Positions 15,223 to 31,462 of a DNA stretch of 64,000 bases are shown here, piece by piece. Under the pieces are notes generated by a model. The model did not search any database. It was given only the letters and a program-made list of their open reading frames with translations, and was not told the DNA's origin. Source of the DNA: the human T2T-CHM13v2.0 reference genome, Homo sapiens; the NCBI RefSeq assembly GCF_009914755.1, contig NC_060929.1. One strand, written 5' to 3'. Position 1 is the first letter of the stretch; each line of letters opens with the position of its first letter. The position numbers and the translations under genes were made by a program.

Positions 15223-15706
15223 TGTTTTAGTTTCCTCTTGTTGCTGCAACAAATTGCCGCAAATTTAATGACTTAAAACAACAAAACATTATTCTCTTGT
15301 AGCTCTGGAGGCCAGAAATTCAAAATGAATCTTATGGGATAAAACCAAGGTGTTGGCAGGGCTGACTCCTTCTGGAGGCTCTAGGGCAGAAATCACTCTT
15401 GCCTCTTCCCAGCTTCTGGTGGCTGCCAGCATTCTGTAGCCTACGGCCACCTTATCCCAGTCTCTGCCTCCATGGTCACATTGCCTTTTCCTCTTCTGTT
15501 GCCAAATCTCCATTCGCCTCCCTCTTATGAGAACACTTTTGATTAGAGGTAGGCCCCCCACCCCAGTAATCCAAAATGATCTTTCCACCTTAAGGTTCTT
15601 AACACAATCACACTTGCAAAGTCCTTTTTGCCCTGCAAGGTGGCATTCATAAGTTCCAGGGATCAGGACCTGGATCTCTTTGGAGGGTATTATTCAGCCT
15701 ACCACG
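15223..15706 (-). mobile_element. MLT1-type MaLR solo LTR
   Basis: TGTTTTAGTTTCC...AACAAATT...CTTAAAACAACA...TCTGGAGGCCAGAA...TTATTCAGCCTACCAC matches the recalled MLT1B/C pattern. Confidence 0.75.
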
Positions 15707-17044
15707 ACAATGCTTGGGAATTTGTGTCATTATCACTTCACCCCCTGTAAATTTTGCTTCTACTGTGCGCTACTCCAACCCCTACCCCACCTCAACTGGA
15801 CTACCTGGTATATGGGATCATTTGTGGGAGCGATCTGAGGTTTTCAGAGTCTGGGGGTGTTGGTGGCAGCTAATACTTAGTAATGTGTGTTTCAGATTCT
15901 CTGCTAAGGACTTTATATACTATCCCATTTAACAGTCACGTCAACCCAAGAGGTACTGTGGCCTGGGGAAGCCACATGCAATCCTGTTCAGCCTGACTTC
16001 AGAGCCAGAGTCCTTACCTGCTAACTGCCCCGTGGACAGAGGCAGACCCTGTGATTTGGGCTTAATTTAAGCACGTCTCTTCCCCACAGGGAGCAGCCAC
16101 ATGGCAGTCCTAGTGCTCCAGCCTGGCCCTGTGGTCCCAGCTTCTTTTCTTTCCCAGATAGCCTGCAGGATGCACCTTCCCAAGAGTGGACAGCCAGGAT
16201 GAGCTTATTCAGCTCTCTCCCAGCAGGATAAGTGCAGCTCAGGAACCCAAGCAGAGGACTGTGTGAATAACCCTGAGTTTCCAGGCAATCTGGCTCTCAG
16301 CCCCCACACTGCGCTGCCCCTTGGACAGTCAGGGAGTTGGCAGTCAGCAGACGCTGGCTGAGTTTGGATTTGTTTGCTGATCCTGTCATGATATGTCATT
16401 AAACATTCCTGGCTGGAAGTCAGACATGAGAGTGCTGGAGGGTGTTCTCACACCCCTGTGCTGTGGGGAGGCCTTCCCTTCTTTCTGGCTGCCCTGGTAC
16501 CCTCTAGAGCCTCCTATCTGCTGCTCGGAGGCAGTGCCTGCAGCGGCTGGACTCCTGCAGCAGCTGGAGGTGGAGGAAAGATTCTTAGGCCGTGAGTCCT
16601 CTTCTTCCGACAGCGAATTTGAGCCCTGGTGGAGCAATGTCCGGCACGCTCAGGAAAGTGTGAAATCTAGAACTCTCTGTAGTGGCCTGAGGCAATAGTC
16701 AGACATGGCTGGTAGAGCTGTGCTGCCTCAGAAGTCATCCTGGATAAGCTGCTCTGGATCCCCATCGTGGAAGCATAAAATGTCAAGCAGAAGGATGTTA
16801 TGAGAATTGGAACCTAAGCCCTGTGCTGACCTCGGGGAGCACTCCCTGGGGCTACCTTTGCTGGGAGGTGCCTGGCCCAGACCTGTCCAACCTGGGCCTG
16901 CAGCCAGGAACATTCTCCCAGAGTAGCAATCTTATTAAATTCCCTGTAATATACATGTTTTAATAATAAAAGTATGGATATATTATTGATGAGGATACAA
17001 ATAGCTTTACGTCTTTTACATTATGTAAGTAAGCACTGAAGTTA

Positions 17045-18375
17045 TTTCTTTTTTAAAAAAATAGACTTAATTTTTTTACAGCATTTTTAGATTCACAGCA
17101 GAATTTTGCAGAAAGTAGAGTTCTCATATATTCGAAACCCTGCACCACCCCCCACTCCCTGGAGCCATATGCACAGCCTCTTCCACTGTCAACATCCCCC
17201 ACCAGAGTGGTACATTTGTTACAATTGATGAGCCAACACTGACAACAACATAATCATCCAGAGTCCATAGTTTACATTAGGGTTCACTCTTGATGTTGTA
17301 CCTTCTGGGGAGTTTGACAGGTATACACCACTGTAGTATCATCCAGAAAAGTTTCACTGCCCTAAAAATCCTCTGTGCCCCACCTATTCATCTCTCCCTT
17401 CCCACTAATTCCTGACAACCACTGATCTTTTTAATATCTCTACAGTTTTGCCTTTTCCAGAATGTTATATGGTTGGAATCATACAGTATATGGCCTTTTC
17501 GGATTGACTTGACTCCTTTCACTTAGTAATATGCGTTTAAGGTTCCTCCATGTCTTTTCATGGGTTGACAAACTATTTCTTTTTAGTGCTGAGTAATATT
17601 CCATCATTAGAATGTACCACAGTTTATTTATCCAGCCACCTACTGAAAGACAGCTTAGTTTCTCCAAGTTTGGGCAATTATGAATAAAGCTGCTGTAAAC
17701 ATCTGTGTGCACGTTTTGTGTAGACATAAATTTTCAGGTTATCTGAGTAAATATCAAGGAATGCAATTTGCTGGATTATATGGAAAGAGTATGTTTAGTT
17801 TTGTAGGAAACCAAGTCTTCCAAAGTGACTCTACCATTTTGCATTTTCACTGACAATGAATTAGAGTTCCTGATGCTCCATGTCCTTCCCAGCATTTAGT
17901 GGTGTCAGTGCTTGCAATTTTTCCATTATAATAGGTGTATACTGGTATTTCATTGTTGTTTTAATTTGCATTTCCCTAATGATATGATGCAGAGCATCTT
18001 TTCACATGCTTATTTGACATCTGTGTATCTTCTTTGGTGAGGTGTCTTTTCAGATTTTACCCATTTATTAATAGGTTGTTCATTTTCTTATGGTTGAGTT
18101 TTAAGAGTTCTTTGTGAATTTTGGTTAACAGTCATTTATCAAAATAATTTTCCAAATATTTTCTTCCTGTCTGTGATGTCTTCCCATTCTCTTGACAGTA
18201 TCTTTTGCAGAGCAGAAATTTTTAACTTTGAATTAAGTCTAACTTATCAATTACTTCTTTCATGGTCATGCCTTTGGTGTCATACCTAAAAAGTCATTGC
18301 CAAACTCAAGATTGTTTAGATTTCCCCTATGCTATCTTCTAGGAGTTTTATAGTTTTGCATATTACATTTAGGTT
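17045..18375 (-). mobile_element. Old L1 (L1MC-like) 3' fragment
   Basis: 3' UTR motif CCACCAGAGTGGTACATTTGTTACAATTGATGA. ORF2 C-terminal-like peptide WINKLWYILMMEYYSALKRN on the - strand. Confidence 0.8.
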
Positions 18376-18379
18376 AGAT

Positions 18380-21300
18380 TTCCTTTTTATAAACTTTTTG
18401 ATTGAAGAATAATATGCAAACAAAAGTTTAAAAGTCATAAGTATACAAGTTGATGAATTATCACAAAGTGAACACATTCATAACTATCACACAGGTTAAG
18501 CAATAGAACCAGTACTTCAGAAGCCTCTCTTGTCCCCTTTCTCAATCATAGCTCCCTCCCTTTCTATTCACACTTTTAAAACCATAGGGTAATGTTGCCT
18601 GTTTTTGAACGTTAAGTAAAATGAAGTAATATAGCATATACTATTTTATGTCTGGCTTCTTTTGCTTAATGTTACATTTCAGAAATAATCCATCTTATTG
18701 GGTGTTGCAGTGTTTAATACATTTTCATTGCCATGTAGTCTTCCATTATGTGATTACATCACAATTCAATGTTAATGGACATTTGAGATGTTTCCATTTG
18801 GAGCTGTCATGAATAATGCTGCTGTAAACATTCTTGGACATATCTTTTGGTGCTCACTGGGCACATTCCTATTGGGTATTTACCTAAGATAGATAGTGAG
18901 TGTCACTATATTTCCAGTTTGTGCCCCACTGTCCCAGCTTATGCCTAAACGTCCAGAGTAATAATTTTCCTCCCTTTCATTTTCAGAAGTGTCCCAGTTT
19001 GGCTAATAAATGAATTATGTCTTTTGATGAATAGAAATGTAATGTAGTCCAAGAAATCTTTTCCTACCCCGAAGTCATGAAGACAGATGCCTGTATAATC
19101 TTTTAGAAGTCTTATTGTTTTAGTTTTTACAGTATTTTATGTTCACCTAGATAAAATAACCTTTTATATTTACCACTTGTATGCTCTTTATTCACTCCTC
19201 AACAGTCAGGTTTCCTTCTGGTATCATTTCCTTTAATCTGAAATAATTATTGTCATATTTCTTATAACGAAGATCTGTGGGCAATGAACTGTCCTTAGTT
19301 TTACTTTGTCCAGAAATGTCTTAACTTGAAAGCTGTTTTTCCTGTTTTCTGTTTCCGTAGTTTCTCATGAAAATTTAGCAGTCATCTGAATCATTGTCCC
19401 ACTGTGTGTATTGTGTAGTTTTTCTCGGGCCGCTTTTGTCTTTGGCTTTCAGCAGATTAATTACAATGTGCCTAAACATAGTTTTCTTTGTATTTTTCCT
19501 GTCTGTCATTTGTTGACTCCTTAAATCTGTAAATATATGCCATTCAGCAAATTTGGAAAATTTCCCATCTATTTTTTTCCCAAATGCTTTTATCTCCTCT
19601 CACTTTTCTCCACCTGGGACTTCAATTACTAATGTTAGGCATTTTGATACTGCCCACAGATCCCTAGGTCTCTTGTTTATTTTTTTCAATCTTTTTCTCT
19701 GTTCTTCAGATTGGACAATTTGTATTGATGTATTCATGTTCAGAGACTTTTTCCTCCCTAATCTCTAGTCTGTTATTAATCCCATACAGTGAATATTTAT
19801 TTCCAATATTGTATTTTTTCAGTTCTAAAATTCTCATTTGTTCTTACGTTTTCTATTTTTGGCTGAGAGTTCTTCTTTATTTGTTATGAGTTTTTTCTTT
19901 ATTTTTCTGCACTGAGGTTAATCATAATAGTGATATTAAAGTCTTTGGGAATTCCAACATCTGGGTCATCTCAGGGTTGCCATTATGTTTCTTAGGTGAT
20001 GTGATTTGGGATTGTATCATGGGCATTGTGAATGATATGTTGTGGAGGCTCTTTATTGTTTCATTTTAGCAGGCGATTAGCTTGATTACACTCACAGTGT
20101 AAACATGATGTCACCTGAGGTGGGTGGCAGCTCAAATCTCAGTTCAGAGATTTTTAAATTTTTAGTTGGACTCCTTAAAATCTTCCCTGTGCATGAACAG
20201 TTCCAGGATCAGCCAGAGATGTGAGCAGAGTTTGTACACAAAATTTAGGTTCCCTCCTCATTCTCTAGTAACTCTGGTTGCCCCAGGCTCCATCTTCTGG
20301 TTCCTTAGGCAAGATTGATGGTAGGTTCTCCATCACAGTTGGACCGTCCCATGCCGTGGTGTGACTGTGGCCTGCCCTCATGGCAAAACTGAAAAACTAG
20401 GTAACTCACCAGATGCTAGATTCCTTCTCCAGATCTTTCTCCAAATCTGCCTGCTTTTGTTCACGCTCCAGAGCCCTTAGGTTGTCATTTTTTTTTGTGT
20501 GTTTTGTTAAAGTGTGTTGTTGTTATCAGTGAGAGGGTTGGTGGTTATAGGAATTTACTCGTTCTTACTGGAAGAGGACCCCAGTTCATTGACATTAAAT
20601 ATAATTAGTCATGTATTTGCATTTAATGCTGCTATCTTACTATTTATATTATACCCACCTATTCTATTCAGAATGTTTTTCTTATCTTGATTTCTATCCA
20701 TTTAAATATTTTCCATTTCCTCCCCTTTTAGCTTATTAGTTAACTCCCTGTTTATACCCTTTTTGTAATTAGTAGAAATTACAAAATTACTTTTACCTTG
20801 TTAACCCAATGTTAATATCTCTACCCTTCTTTAACACAGTAGAAGGAATGTAGAATACTTAAATTCCAGTTATTTCCCTCCGGATTCCATGCTCCTGTTG
20901 TCGTGCATTTTAATTCTATGTATTTTTAAATCCCAGAAGAAATTACTGTCATTTTCTACACTCAATATTCATTTAGATTTACACACAAATTTACCTTTTC
21001 TAAATGACATTATTTTCTCCATCTGTGAGCTTCCATCTGAGATCATTTGCCTTCTTTCTAAAGACCACCCTTTATTATTATTTTTTTTAGTGCAATAGTT
21101 CTAGTAACAAATTCTCTGTTTTTGTTTGTCTGGAAATTCTTTTATTATTATTATTATTATTGAAGTATATTTTTACTAAGTATAGAGTTCCAGGTTGCCA
21201 CGTATTTTATTTCAGCATTTTGAAGATATCATTTCATTGTGTCCCACCTCCCATTATTTCTGTTTTTCCTTGGCTATTTTTAAACGTTTTTCACCTATAT

Positions 21301-22400
21301 TTTGCTTTTACCAGTTCTTCTTTAATGCACTTAGGTATTTTTTTTTCTTCATATTTTTTTTTCTCTTTAGGGCCTACAGTGCTTCTTGACTTTGCAGCTT
21401 GATTTGTTTCTTCAATATTGGAATATTCTCCACCATTTTCTCTTCAAATATTGTTCCTGACGCGTTCTCTCTAATCCTACTGAGAGTGAAATTACATGTA
21501 TGTGACACCTTTTCTCTGTGTCCTGGATGCCTCTCACATTCTTCTTATATTTGCCATCCTTTTGTCTCCCTGCACCTTAGTCTGGATCTTTTTCTTTTTT
21601 TCTGACATATATTCCAGTTCCCCAGTTCTCTGTTCACTGTGTCTAATATCCATATAAACCCATCCATCTGGTAACTGATTTTAACAATGGTAGTTTTATG
21701 ACTAAAATTTCCACTTGATTTTTAAAATGTTTTCTAGTTCTTTGTCAAAATGTTGTTTCTTGTCTTTTAATTCTTTGAACATATTTTCAAGTCTGTGTGT
21801 GTAACCCTAGTATCTGGATCTTCCACGTGTCTGTTTAATGTTTTTTCCCTCTCTTGGCTTTTGGTCAACCTTTTTTTCCCTTATAACTGCTTATTTCTTC
21901 TGAGCATTGGATTTTAAATTTAGAGATAATTTGATGCTCTGAATGATGGCATATTCCCGCAGACAGAATTTAGTTTTCCTTCTAGTTGGCAGCTGGGAAG
22001 GGGACAGGCGATAATAACTCAGTGACTGAGATGAGTCAAAGAACCATTTCGTCCTATGTGAAGGCTGGCCTATCTCCAGGTCAATTCTGTTCCTAGATTG
22101 CAGCTCACTGGGGTCCCCATTGAAAACCTAACATGTTTGCCAAGGTCCTCACTCTCTGATGGGCCCTGAACTCCAGTTTTATCCTTCCATTTCTGTGTGG
22201 TGGATGGAAGCTCTGCTCAGCTTCTCGGCTTCTGGAATTGTCAGTGGCCTTCAGGGGATATGGACACCAAAAGCCACATTTTCCTTCTTGCCTTCCTTTC
22301 TCTCGCAGATCTTGGTCTGACAAAGTCTCACTGCACTGGTATCTATCTGATACTTTCAAATAGATTTTTAAAACTTCTTTCCAATTTCTCTAGTTATTCT
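18380..22400 (-). mobile_element. Mosaic of highly degenerate L1M fragments
   Basis: Long T-rich stretch with L1 3'-end, ORF1-like and 5'-like remnants. Boundaries approximate. Confidence 0.55.
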
Positions 22401-24082
22401 TATTGGAGAGTCGGCCCAAGAAAAGTAAGGTTCAGAGAGAATAAATAAATTGTCCAGGGTCATACAGACCCTGAAAGTAGAATCTCTATGAAATCTATTT
22501 AAATAGGTGGCACAAGACCAGAGAAATCTGAGACTTACAGCAGCCTGCATGCCCAGCCTTCACCATCCTTTGTCATTTGGGTATTAAGTTTGACAGTTGC
22601 TATGTTTAACTCTCTTGTTTTACAAAACTGATATCCATAGAGATGGTGTGATTTGTCCATGACCACACAGCGAGGTAATATGTGAGTTGGGGTAAAATCT
22701 AGGTCTGTGCTCCTCGGTTTTTTCCTGTTAAATCTTGCTGCCCCCATCTTTTTTTTTTTTTTTTTTTTATTGTTACTTAGGTACCCAGACCTACATCCCA
22801 GCTTTAGTAAGACATCTCAGTGCTCAGTGGTCCAAGAAGATTCTTCTCATTTGTAGAAAATTGTCCTTGATTTATGCAGCCACAACCACATATGAGTGTC
22901 ACCTGTTACCTTCTTTTTTCCCCTCTTTCTTCGCTTCTCTTTTTATCTCTGAATTTTTACATTGCCACTGACATCTTGCCTGTGGCTAATAGACACGTCC
23001 ACACTGAGAGACATGCTCTAGTAGAGTGGGTTCAGGACTGCATAATTAGTTTGTCCTCTTTTATGCCTGGGAATATTATATCAGATTCTCTAAAAGGTTT
23101 TGAAACGTAAGGTGAAAAGGGAAATGATAAAATAAGGCATTTGAGATTTTTAAACTCATGATCAGCTGCTTCCCTTGAAAATAATTCATAATCTCTTCCA
23201 GAATTGCTTGTAAAGGCTTTTAACTTTTGTGGTTTATCTGCTGTTCTCTTAAGCACATGGTATATATTTATAGGTTCTTACCTTAAATTTTAGGCAGAAT
23301 CATGAATTAGATACTGGGAATAAAGCTGACCAGAAGTAAATCATTTCCCACATCTTATCTTTGTAAGGCCTGAAAATGTGATATTCCACGCTGTTTTTGA
23401 AGAGAAAGCATTTTGGTGGTTACCAGGAGGAAAGAATGGGGCAGGTTGGAAGTGTCACTGGTCTGGCAGCCTGGAGACCTCAATTTTATCCCATTGTGAC
23501 CTCTCACTTATGTGCGACCTTGGACACATCACATACAATTTAGGCCTTATTTGGCAATATGTAAAATGAAAAGGTTGGACAAGATACCCCTTGGGAGCCT
23601 TACAATTCTCAAATTTTTGGAAAACTATCCTTTACTGTGAGGCCAGTGTCTGGAACAGCATTTTGTAATATGAATGAGGACTTAAAGCAATTTTTTATTT
23701 CCTGTGATCTTGTGGGAAGAGGGTGGGTAAAGTTAGATAATCTAGAAGTTGACATTTGTGTTTTCATGTAAGCAAGTCAAATGTTCTGGACTACATTTTG
23801 TTTCAAGCTAAAGAGCTTATGCTGTGATGACCCAGCTTATTAAGTTAGATAACAAATGTAAGGCACCTATTTCATTTCCTTATCACTGTGGGGCTCAGTA
23901 AGGAGTTTCCAAAAGAATGAATGAGAGATTATCATCATAATATCTATCACTTATCAACTGCCTGCTGTGCCAAGATACATCCGTGAGTAATACAGATTTG
24001 GCATCTGTCCTCTCCAAGGGGTAAGTATTATTACCCCTAGTTCCACGTGTGGAAAATGAATTCCAATCTGGTCTTACATTAA

Positions 24083-25915
<1,833 letters not shown>

Positions 25916-26459
25916 AAAAACCATTTACCACTTAGCAACATTGGCAGCTTTAGTTCTCCAGCAGCCTACATACATTTTGTGCTAAGGAGCAAAGTAATCT
26001 TCCATTTACCAAGAGCTTTTTTTGCTTTTTAATGATGTATTAAATTAAACACCCACTCACCAAATATCTGTGAGTGTTGGTTGCGCAGATGGATTTGAGT
26101 GTTTGGTGCTGGGGTGCATCTTGTCACAGCTGATCACTTACTGGTTCTCTGACTGTGGCTGGGTGGAGTTGGCATCTGTCTCCTAGGTTCCTCCTGCCCC
26201 CAACAGTTTGTGGTTATGGTGATAAAATTATTGTGTGACAAATATCATGGCAGACATATAAACAGAGGAAAGGGGACAGCAATTGAAAGAGTATCAAACA
26301 CACTTTAAGGTTCTAACTGTTTCAGTTACCAAGGCTCAGGAAGGCGTATGTTGTGTGTTAAGGGATCCAGAGTCACTCAGACAGTGTTCCTCTCCCTCTA
26401 GCAGGGTATGAAACTACTAATGGCCCCAGACCCTCATCATCACTGTGAAATTCACTGTA

Positions 26460-28000
26460 AAATCTTTGGAATTTTGATGAGTCAAAAGTGGAATCTGGTT
26501 ATTTTGATTTGCATTTTTGGATTGCCAGAGAGGCTGAGCATTGCTGCCTGGTTTTACAGCCCATTTGTGTATTTGTTTTGAGCATTGCTTGTCCTTTTCT
26601 TGACCCTTTTTAATTGGGATGTTCGCCTGTTTTATTATTGTCTTAGTAGAGATTCAAAAAACTCTAATAAGGATGCCAATCCCTTTACTATCATATATTA
26701 CTAATATTTTTTCTCAGTTTTGTATTTAAATATTTATTATGCTTTTTAATATGTTTTTCTTACTAAAAACCTAACAATCTTTTCTTGGTTTATGTCTTTG
26801 ATGTTATTTTTAACAAAAGGCTTCCGGGCCCTTGAATGCTGGAAATGTTCACTTAAATTGTTTTTCAATATTCTCATGGGATTTTTTTTCTCATTTAAAA
26901 TTTTAATCTATCTGGAAGTAATTTGGGTATATGTCATGATGCATAGAGCTGACTTAATTTTTCTCCATATAGTTAACCAGTTATCTCAATATTATTATTG
27001 AATTATCCATTACTTTCTCACTGATATAAAATGACATTTTTATTACATAATAAATCACATATATCGCTTTATATATATGTATAGATATGTGTAAAATTGG
27101 GTCAGTTCTAGATTTTATCTTTTTGTTGATCTCTCTGCTGGAAGCATACTATTTTGATAGTTGTATCTTTGAAGTATTATTGTCACAACTGGCAGAGCAA
27201 AATACTTGTAACTCTTCACAGTTTTATTAGCCAGTGGCTGGAATTTATTCCTCTATATGGATTTGAGAATCATTTCACAAGTTTAAAAAGTTGTGCCAGT
27301 GTATTTATAGCAATTAGTATATAGGTTAATTTGAGAGAGACTTAGCATTTTTTTAGTACTGGTTTTCCACCCAGGAAAACAGCATCTCATTCCATTTATT
27401 TCAGTCATATTTTCTGACACTCAGATAGTCTGAGTGTGCGATATGATGTGTTAAGGCACAGGTTCTGGAGTCAGAGAGTCTCAGTTCAAATCCAAGTCTA
27501 GCCATTTATTAGCTTGTATATCAGTGAAAGGTTTTCCCCAGTGAGTGGGACATAGTGTTGCTCAGTAAACATTTGTTGAAGAAATGTTTGAATGAAATAA
27601 TTTATTCCTAAATTTTTTGTTTTTGCAGTTGTGAATGAGTTTTAGTCTGCATGCTTGCCAGCAATTAACATTGTCAGTTTTTTAGATTTTAGCCCTTCTA
27701 CTAGGTGTGTTTTAATTAGTAATTCCCTGGTGACAAATGATGGCAAGCATCTTCTTTGGTGAGGTGTCTGTTCAGATCTTTTGTCCATTTGTTAATTGGG
27801 TGTTTGTTTTCTTAATGTTGAGTTTTCAGTGTTCTTTGTGTATGTTGGATATAAGTCCGGTATCACATTTATGTTTGAAAATATTCTCTCCTCATATGTG
27901 GTTTGTGTTTTTATTCTTCCCACAGCTTATTTTGAAAGCAGAAGTTTTTAATGTTAATATAATCCAATTTACTATTTTTTTCTTTCATGGATCCTGCTCT
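26460..28000 (-). mobile_element. Degenerate L1M fragments with an embedded MIR/L2 piece
   Basis: TTTGCATTT...GCTGAGCAT and CTTCTTTGGTGAGGTGTCTGTTCAGATCTTTTGTCCAT are L1 ORF2-antisense motifs. Confidence 0.55.
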
Positions 28001-28399
28001 GTAGTATAATTTTAAGCCCCTTATATCAACTCATAAAAACAGACAGGGCAATAATGTAAATTGACAGAGCACACAGTCCATAAGCAGCATCTTTCATAAA
28101 ACTAAGGATTAGAGTATATGTCTATAAACTAAAAAATATGAGCAGTTAGGGCCAAACCACTGACCGTAACAAGGAAGTCTGCAGGAGGAAGCAGCTGGCA
28201 GACAAACAGACTTCTGGGGATCCCAGGGCTGGGGACCCAGAAACTTCTCTCAACACTTGTCCCAAGAAGGGGACAGTCCCCCAGGAGTGGAGGGCTTGCT
28301 GTTGATGTGAACACATTCGCTTAAAGTGGAGGGGGCTTCCCAGGCTCCAGTTGGCAAACAGTAAGGACAAATGAGAAAAGTATGCCCACAAAGCAGAAG

Positions 28400-29230
28400 A
28401 GAAACTGCAACCTAATATTTCAAATGAGCTAAAAGAAATTAAGAAAATGATTAAAAGTTACAAAAGAACAGGACGAATGCAAATTAAAAAAAACACAGGT
28501 TACATCATTAGACAACAGAAAAATATGAAAGGGAATTGATTACTCAGAAAAGAAATAGAAATAAAAGCAAAAAAAAATCTAGGAAAGGAAGGTCGAACTG
28601 GAAGAAATATAAGAGTGAATAAACAGTGCAGAAAGCACTGTATAGAAATTGGAAAGGAAGAAGAAAAACACAGAAATAAAGAAGACAAGAAACTATTTGA
28701 GAAGTGATAGAATGCAAGACAGGCAAAGGAGCTCCACAAATATATGATGATTCATTATATAATATATATATGATATATATAATATATATTATATCTATCT
28801 AGATAGGTCCACATATATAATACATATACATATATAACTCCTCTATATAATAGGAGCCTCTGAAGAGAAAAAACCAAACCCCGTTGTGTACTGGGAAAAT
28901 CAATCCAAAAGGACAACATCAATGCATATTCTAGTAACATAATTGCACTATAAAGGAAAAAAGTCTTTTGGGGCATCTAGGCAAAAAGACCAAGTCGTTT
29001 ATAAGGAAAAGAAATCAGATTGGCATCAGAACCTGAGAGCAATGCTTTAAGCCAGGAAATACTGGAGAAGATATGTTAAAGATAATCTAGAAAAGAAAAA
29101 GTGAGCCAATTATTCTACATTCAGCCAAACTGGACCCTCAAATATAAGAACCACAGACAAAACTGTGCGAACATGCCAGACCTCGGGGAATGAATTTCCC
29201 ATTAACCCTTCTTGAGGAACCTTCTGACAA
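28400..29230 (+). mobile_element. Old L1/HAL1 ORF1-like remnant, interrupted by a (TA)n-rich tract at 28755-28850
   Basis: A-rich strand with AATCAGATTGGCATCAGA...ATTCTACATTCAGCCAAACTG, typical of the ORF1 C-terminal region. Confidence 0.5.
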
Positions 29231-29986
29231 TTACTGTGACTGGAGAAACTTTAGCATAAGGACTGGTGGTTGACACGTGAGACTTTGGGGTACGTTAGCT
29301 TCTGGTGAGACCCCTGGCTTTCTCAGAATTCCATAAGTGTTCTTGATCCAAAGACAGCTGTAAAAAGTGGTTCTATGATCCCTTGGTTGGAATACCATTT
29401 CTCCTCTGCTCAGGTGTTGGCTTTGACTCCAGTCATTTGGCTTGTGATTATTTCATATCCCTCCTTTTAAGAAGCCACACACCAATGCACCTGTAGCTTG
29501 TGTGGCCAATTGCCCACCCAAAGGATACATATCATCAGATCTCTCTAATATCAACAAGGGGAAGTCATTTGTTTCCATTGAGATTCTTTCTGTTTAAACA
29601 CAGGAGAGCTCATTCAACCTTATTTAATAAGGAGAAAAAAGGCAATTAATTGGCTCACCTAACTGAAAAATCCAGAGTTAGATATGGCTTTGGGCAAGTC
29701 TTGATCTGGTAATTTGGAAGTGTTACAAAGGATCTTGTTTCTTTCCATTTCTCCACTCTGCTTTCCATGGTGTTGCTTTCATTCTCACATGGTGTCAAGA
29801 TGTTACGAGAAACAACCTCACTACACATTTCTTTTTGATAAACAGTGAGAATATTTATTAAAAGTAGAATAGCTTTTTCCCAGCATTGCTAGCAAAATCC
29901 TGGGATAAACTGAGTGGACTAGCCCAAGTCAAATGACTACCCCTAACCAATTGCTGTAGCAGTCCAAGTCACGTGACTACTCCTAA

Positions 29987-30445
<459 letters not shown>

Positions 30446-30959
30446 CACATGTCTTTAGAACCAAACAGAGATTTCCAAACAGAAGTCAGTGACTCCTGGA
30501 AGGAGAAAGGAAGGAATGGACTGGGGAGGCTATCTAAAAAAGAATTTTTAAACGTGTTGAATTTTATCAAAGTGCTATCTTGACATTTCTTGAGATGATC
30601 ATATATTGACTCTTATTGATTGTGGTGAGTTATGTAAATAGATACTCTAAGTTAGGGAAGGCAACCTACTTAGCTGTGCTCTGTGGGAGTAACTGAGGTT
30701 CTGGGAGAATCTGCTTGTTTCCCCTTTTCTTCTCTTTTTCCTTCTTCCAGCTCTTATGTGTACTTCTCTGCCTCTCCTCAACCCTCTGATACTGGTGTTC
30801 TCCAGAGTTCTGTCTTTGGTCTTCTGCTGTGAGTGATGGCAAGGTTTTAACTGCCTTTCCTGTATGCTGGTGTCACTCTCCCTGAGCTTCATACTTACAT
30901 ATCCCAGAGCCTGACTTTGCATTTTGAAAGGACTAGAGACATCTCAAACTCAGTACAAA

Positions 30960-31231
30960 GGCAGGGGCCTTTGTACTGTGTCATCTCATGGAGAAGGTAG
31001 AAAGGGCAAGTGAGTGTGGGAGACAGAACAAAGAAAGCAAGCGGAATTCATCCTTTTATCAAGAGCCCTCTCCTGTGATAACTAACCCACTCTCAAGATA
31101 ACAGCATTAATCCATTCCTGAGGGCAGAGCCCCATGACCTAATCACGTCTTAAAGATCCCACCTCTTAATATAGTCAAAATGGCGACTGAATTTCAACAT
31201 GAATTTTGGAGGGGAAATTCAAATCATAGCA
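30960..31231 (-). mobile_element. MLT1A/MST-type MaLR LTR fragment
   Basis: GCATTAATCCATTC...GAGGGCAGAGCC...ATGACCTAATCAC...TTTCAACATGAATTTTGGAGGGGA...ATTCAAATCATAGCA. Confidence 0.7.
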
Positions 31232-31281
31232 CCCCTCACCACTGCTCCTAGTGTAGACACTCATCATCTTTTGTCAACACC

Positions 31282-31462
31282 AGTAGTTCCCAAACTTTAG
31301 CAAGCATCACATTCATCTGGAAGGCCAGTCATTACACACTGGGCCCACCCCTAGAGTTTCTGATTCAATAGATCTCGGATGGGGCCTGAATGTTTCCCCT
31401 TCTAATAAGTTCCATGTGATGCTGATGCTGCTGGTTCAGGGACCACACCTTGAGAACCACGG
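31282..31462. mobile_element. MER5A-like DNA transposon
   Basis: CAGTAGTTCCCAAACTT ... GGACCACACCTTGAGAACCAC ends. Internal GGGCCCACCCCTAGAGTTTCTGATTCA. Confidence 0.7.

Noticed and set aside
28755-28850. (TA)n-rich quasi-palindrome as a cruciform
   Set aside because: Short, interrupted microsatellite of a very common type.
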